From positions 186,001 to 250,000 of the forward strand of contig NIVC01001671.1 of NCBI GenBank assembly GCA_002269645.1: 64,000 nucleotides of DNA, written 5' to 3'. Origin of the DNA: Macrostomum lignano (taxonomy: Eukaryota). The notes under the pieces were generated by a model that did no database searches, was not told the DNA's origin, and was given only the letters and a program-made list of their open reading frames with translations. The position numbers and the translations under genes are program-made. Shown one piece after another: positions 57,601-64,000 of this stretch (position 1 is the stretch's first letter; the number at the start of each line of letters is the position of its first letter).

Positions 57601-60600
57601 GTATGGTAACTTGTCAGTGGCTATGGGTAACTTGTCAGTGTATGGTAACTTGTCAGTGGCTATGGGTAACTTGTCAGTGGCTATGGGTAACTTGTCAGTG
57701 GCATGGGTAACTTGTCAGTGGCTGTGGGTAACTTGTCAGTGGCTATGGGTAACTTGTCAGTGGCTATGGGTAACTTGTCAGTGGCCATTGGTAACTTGTC
57801 AGTGGCTATGGGTAACTTGTCAGTGGCTGGGTAACTTGTCAGTGGTTGGGTAACTTGTCAGTGGCTGTGGGTAACTTGTCAGTGGCATGGTAACTTGTCA
57901 GTGGCTATGGGTAACTTGTCAGTGGCCATTGGTAACTTGTCAGTGGCTATGGGTAACTTGTCAGTGGCTGTGGGTAACTTGTCAGTGGCTATGGGTAACT
58001 TGTCAGTGGCTATGGGTAACTTGTCAGTGGCTATGGGTAACTTGTCAGTGGCTATGGGTAACTTGTCAGTGGCTATGGGTAACTTGTCAGTGGATGGGTA
58101 ACTTGTCAGTGGCATGGGTAACTTGTCAGTGGCTGTGGGTAACTTGTCAGTGGCTATGGGTAACTTGTCAGTGGCTATGGGTAACTTGTCAGTGGCTATG
58201 GGTAACTTGTCAGTGGCTATGGGTAACTTGTCAGTGGCTGTGGGTAACTTGTCAGTGGCTATGGGTAACTTGTCAGTGGCTATGGGTAACTTGTCAGTGG
58301 CATTGGTAACTTGTCAGTGGCTATGGGTAACTTGTCAGTGGCTGTGGGTAACTTGTCAGTGGTTGTGGGTAACTTGTCAGTGGCTGTGGGTAACTTGTCA
58401 GTGGCATGGTAACTTGTCAGTGGCTATGGGTAACTTGTCAGTGGCCATGGGTAACTTGTCAGTGGCTGTGGGTAACTTGTCAGTGGCTATGGGTAACTTG
58501 TCAGTGGCTATGGGTAACTTGTCAGTGGCCATTGGTAACTTGTCAGTGGCTATGGGTAACTTGTCAGTGGCTGTGGTAACTTGTCAGTGGTTGTGGTAAC
58601 TTGTCAGTGGCTGTGGGTAACTTGTCAGTGGCATGGTAACTTGTCAGTGGCTATGGGTAACTTGTCAGTGGCTATGGGTAACTTGTCAGTGGCATTGTAA
58701 CTTGTCAGTGGCTATGGGTAACTTGTCAGTGGCTGTGGGTAACTTGTCAGTGGCTATGGGTAACTTGTCAGTGGCTATGGGTAACTTGTCAGTGGCTTGG
58801 GTAACTTGTCAGTGGCTATGGGTAACTTGTCAGTGGCTATGGGTAACTTGTCAGTGGCTATGGGTAACTTGTCAGTGGCATGGGTAACTTGTCAGTGGCT
58901 GTGGGTAACTTGTCAGTGGCTATGGGTAACTTGTCAGTGGTATGGGTAACTTGTCAGTGGCGGGTAACTTGTCAGTGGCTGTGGGTAACTTGTCAGTGGC
59001 TATGGGTAACTTGTCAGTGGCTATGGGTAACTTGTCAGTGGCTTGGTAACTTGTCAGTGGCTATGGGTAACTTGTCAGTGGCTGTGGTAACTTGTCAGTG
59101 GCTGTGGGTAACTTGTCAGTGGTTGTGGGTAACTTGTCAGTGGCTGTGGGTAACTTGTCAGTGGCATGGTAACTTGTCAGTGGCTATGGGTAACTTGTCA
59201 GTGGCTATGGGTAACTTGTCAGTGGCTTGTAACTTGTCAGTGGCTATGGGTAACTTGTCAGTGGCTGTGGGTAACTTGTCAGTGGCTGTGGGTAACTTGT
59301 CAGTGGCTGTGGGTAACTTGTCAGTGGCATGGTAACTTGTCAGTGGCTGTGGGTAACTTGTCAGTGGTTGGGTAACTTGTCAGTGGCTGTGGGTAACTTG
59401 TCAGTGGCATGGGTAACTTGTCAGTGGCTATGGGTAACTTGTCAGTGGCTGTGGTTGTGGTAACTTGTCAGTGGCTATGGGTAACTTGTCAGTGGCTGTG
59501 GGTAACTTGTCAGTGGCATGGGTAACTTGTCAGTGGCTATGGTAACTTGTCAGTGGCTATGGGTAACTTGTCAGTGGCTGTGGGTAACTTGTCAGTGGTT
59601 GTGGGTAACTTGTCAGTGGCTGTGGGTAACTTGTCAGTGGCATGGCTAACTTGTCAGTGGCTATGGGTAACTTGTCAGTGGCTATGGGTAACTTGTCAGT
59701 GGCCATTGTAACTTGTCAGTGGCTATGGGTAACTTGTCAGTGGCTGTGGGTAACTTGTCAGTGGCTATGGGTAACTTGTCAGTGGCTATGGGTAACTTGT
59801 CAGTGGCTATGGGTAACTTGTCAGTGGGTATGGGTAACTTGTCAGTGGCATGGGTAACTTGTCAGTGGCTGTGGGTAACTTGTCAGTGGCTATGGTAACT
59901 TGTCAGTGGCTATGGGTAACTTGTCAGTGGCTATGGTAACTTGTCAGTGGCTATGGGTAACTTGTCAGTGGCTGTGGGTAACTTGTCAGTGGCTATGGTA
60001 ACTTGTCAGTGGCTGTGGGTAACTTGTCAGTGGTTGTGGGTAACTTGTCAGTGGCTGTGGGTAACTTGTCAGTGGCATGGGTAACTTGTCAGTGGCTATG
60101 GGTAACTTGTCAGTGGCATGGGTAACTTGTCAGTGGCTGTGGGTAACTTGTCAGTGGCTATGGGTAACTTGTCAGTGGCTATGGGTAACTTGTCAGTGGC
60201 TGTGGGTAACTTGTCAGTGGTTGTGGTAACTTGTCAGTGGCTGTGGGTAACTTGTCAGTGGCATGGTAACTTGTCAGTGGCTATGGGTAACTTGTCAGTG
60301 GTTGTGGGTAACTTGTCAGTGGTTGTGGGTAACTTGTCAGTGGCTATGGGTAACTTGTCAGTGGCTGTGGGTAACTTGTCAGTGGCATGGGTAACTTGTC
60401 AGTGGCTATGGTAACTTGTCAGTGGCTATGGGTAACTTGTCAGTGGCTGTGGGTAACTTGTCAGTGGCTGTGGGTAACTTGTCAGTGGCTATGGGTAACT
60501 TGTCAGTGGCTATGGGTAACTTGTCAGTGGCCATTGGTAACTTGTCAGTGGCTATGGGTAACTTGTCAGTGGCTGGGTAACTTGTCAGTGGCCATTGGTA

Positions 60601-63600
60601 ACTTGTCAGTGGCTATGGGTAACTTGTCAGTGGCTGTGGGTAACTTGTCAGTGGTTGTGGTAACTTGTCAGTGGCTGTGGGTAACTTGTCAGTGGCATGG
60701 TAACTTGTCAGTGGCTATGGGTAACTTGTCAGTGGCCATGGGTAACTTGTCAGTGGCTGTGGGTAACTTGTCAGTGGCTATGGGTAACTTGTCAGTGGCT
60801 ATGGGTAACTTGTCAGTGGCCATTGGTAACTTGTCAGTGGCTATGGTAACTTGTCAGTGGCTGTGGGTAACTTGTCAGTGGTTGTGGGTAACTTGTCAGT
60901 GGCTGTGGGTAACTTGTCAGTGGCTATGGGTAACTTGTCAGTGGCTATGGGTAACTTGTCAGTGGCCATGGTAACTTGTCAGTGGCTATGGGTAACTTGT
61001 CAGTGGCTGTGGGTAACTTGTCAGTGGCTTGGGTAACTTGTCAGTGGCTGTGGGTAACTTGTCAGTGGCTATGGGTAACTTGTCAGTGGCTATGGGTAAC
61101 TTGTCAGTGGCTATGGGTAACTTGTCAGTGGCTGTGGGTAACTTGTCAGTGGCTATGGGTAACTTGTCAGTGGCTATGGGTAACTTGTCAGTGGCATGGT
61201 AACTTGTCAGTGGCTATGGGTAACTTGTCAGTGGCTGTGGGTAACTTGTCAGTGGCTTGTGGGTAACTTGTCAGTGGCTGTGGGTAACTTGTCAGTGGCA
61301 TGGCTAACTTGTCAGTGGCTATGGGTAACTTGTCAGTGGCTATGGGTAACTTGTCAGTGGCCATTGGTAACTTGTCAGTGGCTATGGGTAACTTGTCAGT
61401 GGCTGTGGGTAACTTGTCAGTGGCTATGGGTAACTTGTCAGTGGCTATGGTAACTTGTCAGTGGCTATGGGTAACTTGTCAGTGGCTATGGGTAACTTGT
61501 CAGTGGCTATGGGTAACTTGTCAGTGGCTATGGGTAACTTGTCAGTGGCATGGGTAACTTGTCAGTGGCTGTGGGTAACTTGTCAGTGGCTATGGGTAAC
61601 TTGTCAGTGTATGGGTAACTTGTCAGTGGCCATGGTAACTTGTCAGTGGCTGTGGGTAACTTGTCAGTGGCTATGGGTAACTTGTCAGTGGCTATGGGTA
61701 ACTTGTCAGTGGCTTGGGTAACTTGTCAGTGGCTATGGGTAACTTGTCAGTGGCTGTGGGTAACTTGTCAGTGGCTGTGGGTAACTTGTCAGTGGTTGTG
61801 GGTAACTTGTCAGTGGCTGTGGGTAACTTGTCAGTGGCATGGCTAACTTGTCAGTGGCTATGGGTAACTTGTCAGTGGCTATGGTAACTTGTCAGTGGCA
61901 TTGTAACTTGTCAGTGGCTATGGGTAACTTGTCAGTGGCTGTGGGTAACTTGTCAGTGGCTGTGGGTAACTTGTCAGTGGCTGTGGGTAACTTGTCAGTG
62001 GCATGGGTAACTTGTCAGTGGCTATGGGTAACTTGTCAGTGGTTGTGGTAACTTGTCAGTGGCTGTGGGTAACTTGTCAGTGGCATGGCTAACTTGTCAG
62101 TGGCTATGGGTAACTTGTCAGTGGTTGTGGGTAACTTGTCAGTGGTTGTGGTAACTTGTCAGTGGCTATGGGTAACTTGTCAGTGGCTATGGCTAACTTG
62201 TCAGTCTATGGTAACTTGTCAGTGGCTATGGGTAACTTGTCAGTGGCTGTGGGTAACTTGTCAGTGGCTATGGGTAACTTGTCAGTGGCTGTGGTAACTT
62301 GTCAGTGGTTGTGGTAACTTGTCAGTGGCTATGGGTAACTTGTCAGTGGCTATGGGTAACTTGTCAGTGGCTATGGGTAACTTGTCAGTCGTATGGGTAA
62401 CTTGTCAGTGGCTATGGTAACTTGTCAGTCGTTATGGGTAACTTGTCAGTGGCTATGGGTAACTTGTCAGTGGCTATGGGTAACTTGTCAGTGGCCATGG
62501 GTAACTTGTCAGTGGCTGTGGGTAACTTGTCAGTGGCTATGGGTAACTTGTCAGTGGCTATGGGTAACTTGTCAGTGGCCATTGGTAACTTGTCAGTGGC
62601 TATGGGTAACTTGTCAGTGGCTGTGGGTAACTTGTCAGTGGTTGTGGTAACTTGTCAGTGGCTGTGGGTAACTTGTCAGTGGCATGGCTAACTTGTCAGT
62701 GGCTATGGGTAACTTGTCAGTGGCCATGTAACTTGTCAGTGGCTATGGGTAACTTGTCAGTGGCTGTGGGTAACTTGTCAGTGGCTATGGGTAACTTGTC
62801 AGTGGCTATGGGTAACTTGTCAGTGGCTATGGGTAACTTGTCAGTGGCTATGGGTAACTTGTCAGTGGCTATGGGTAACTTGTCAGTGGTATGGGTAACT
62901 TGTCAGTGGCCATGGTAACTTGTCAGTGGCTGTGGGTAACTTGTCAGTGGCTATGGGTAACTTGTCAGTGGCTATGGTAACTTGTCAGTGGCTATGGGTA
63001 ACTTGTCAGTGGCCATGGGTAACTTGTCAGTGGCTGTGGTAACTTGTCAGTGGCTATGGTAACTTGTCAGTGGCTATGGGTAACTTGTCAGTGGCCATTG
63101 GTAACTTGTCAGTGGCTATGGGTAACTTGTCAGTGGCTGTGGGTAACTTGTCAGTGGTTGTGGGTAACTTGTCAGTGGCTGTGGGTAACTTGTCAGTGGG
63201 CATGGCTAACTTGTCAGTGGCTATGGGTAACTTGTCAGTGGCCATGGTAACTTGTCAGTGGCTGTGGGTAACTTGTCAGTGGCTATGGTAACTTGTCAGT
63301 GGCTATGGGTAACTTGTCAGTGGCCATTGGTAACTTGTCAGTGGCTATGGGTAACTTGTCAGTGGCTGTGGGTAACTTGTCAGTGGTTGTGGGTAACTTG
63401 TCAGTGGCTGTGGGTAACTTGTCAGTAGGCATGGCTAACTTGTCAGTGGCTATGGGTAACTTGTCAGTGGCTATGGGTAACTTGTCAGTGGCCATTAGTA
63501 ACTTGTCAGTGGCTATGGGTAACTTGTCAGTGGCTGTGGGTAACTTGTCAGTGGCTATGGGTAACTTGTCAGTGGCTATGGGTAACTTGTCAGTGGCTAT

Positions 63601-64000
63601 GGTTACTTGTCAGTGGCTATGGTAACTTGTCAGTGGCTATGGGTAACTTGTCAGTGGCTATGGGTAACTTGTCAGTGGCCATGGGTAACTTGTCAGTGGC
63701 TGTGGGTAACTTGTCAGTGGCTATGGGTAACTTGTCAGTGGTATGGTAACTTGTCAGTGGCCATGGTAACTTGTCAGTGGCTGTGGGTAACTTGTCAGTG
63801 GCTATGGTAACTTGTCAGTGGCTATGGGTAACTTGTCAGTGGCCATTGGTAACTTGTCAGTGGCTATGGGTAACTTGTCAGTGGCTGTGGGTAACTTGTC
63901 AGTGGCTGTGGGTAACTTGTCAGTGGTTGTGGGTAACTTGTCAGTGGCTGTGGGTAACTTGTCAGTAGGCATGGCTAACTTGTCAGTGGCTATGGGTAAC
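51665..64000. repeat. Giant 21-bp satellite GGTAACTTGTCAGTGGCTATG, more than 12 kb (~590 copies), running off the window end
   Basis: Tandem copies with a small set of recurring variants. Confidence 0.99.

Overview
Eukaryotic (metazoan) genomic DNA with GC-rich exons, GT-AG introns and very dense minisatellites. The style resembles a free-living flatworm such as Macrostomum, but that is an inference only. Seven protein-coding genes could be rebuilt by hand from splice signals and protein motifs: (1) an alpha7-type nicotinic acetylcholine receptor alpha subunit (+, 170-10030, 5' exons upstream of the window); (2) an RJL-family Rab-like GTPase without a J domain (+); (3) RBM48 (-); (4) an effector caspase (-); (5) a four-module CCN matricellular protein (+); (6) a RING/B-box/coiled-coil/propeller TRIM-like protein (+); (7) NDOR1 (-). 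A 21-bp satellite of more than 12 kb fills the end of the window. The main discovery is in the nAChR gene, which carries two separate tandem exon duplications. Two 195-bp exons encode ligand-binding loop C plus TM1, and two 87-bp exons encode pore-lining TM2. Both pairs look intact and under selection, pointing to mutually exclusive splicing that could swap pharmacology and pore properties independently (up to four isoforms). Other observations: a 23-aa two-Cys insertion in loop F, a nested fold-back element, an array of AG|GT recursive-splice-like motifs upstream of RBM48, a probable 1-nt error in RBM48, and RFX X-box-like motifs including the giant satellite. Most long ORFs in the supplied track are repeat artefacts. 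Repeat boundaries and copy numbers are approximate and were read by eye.
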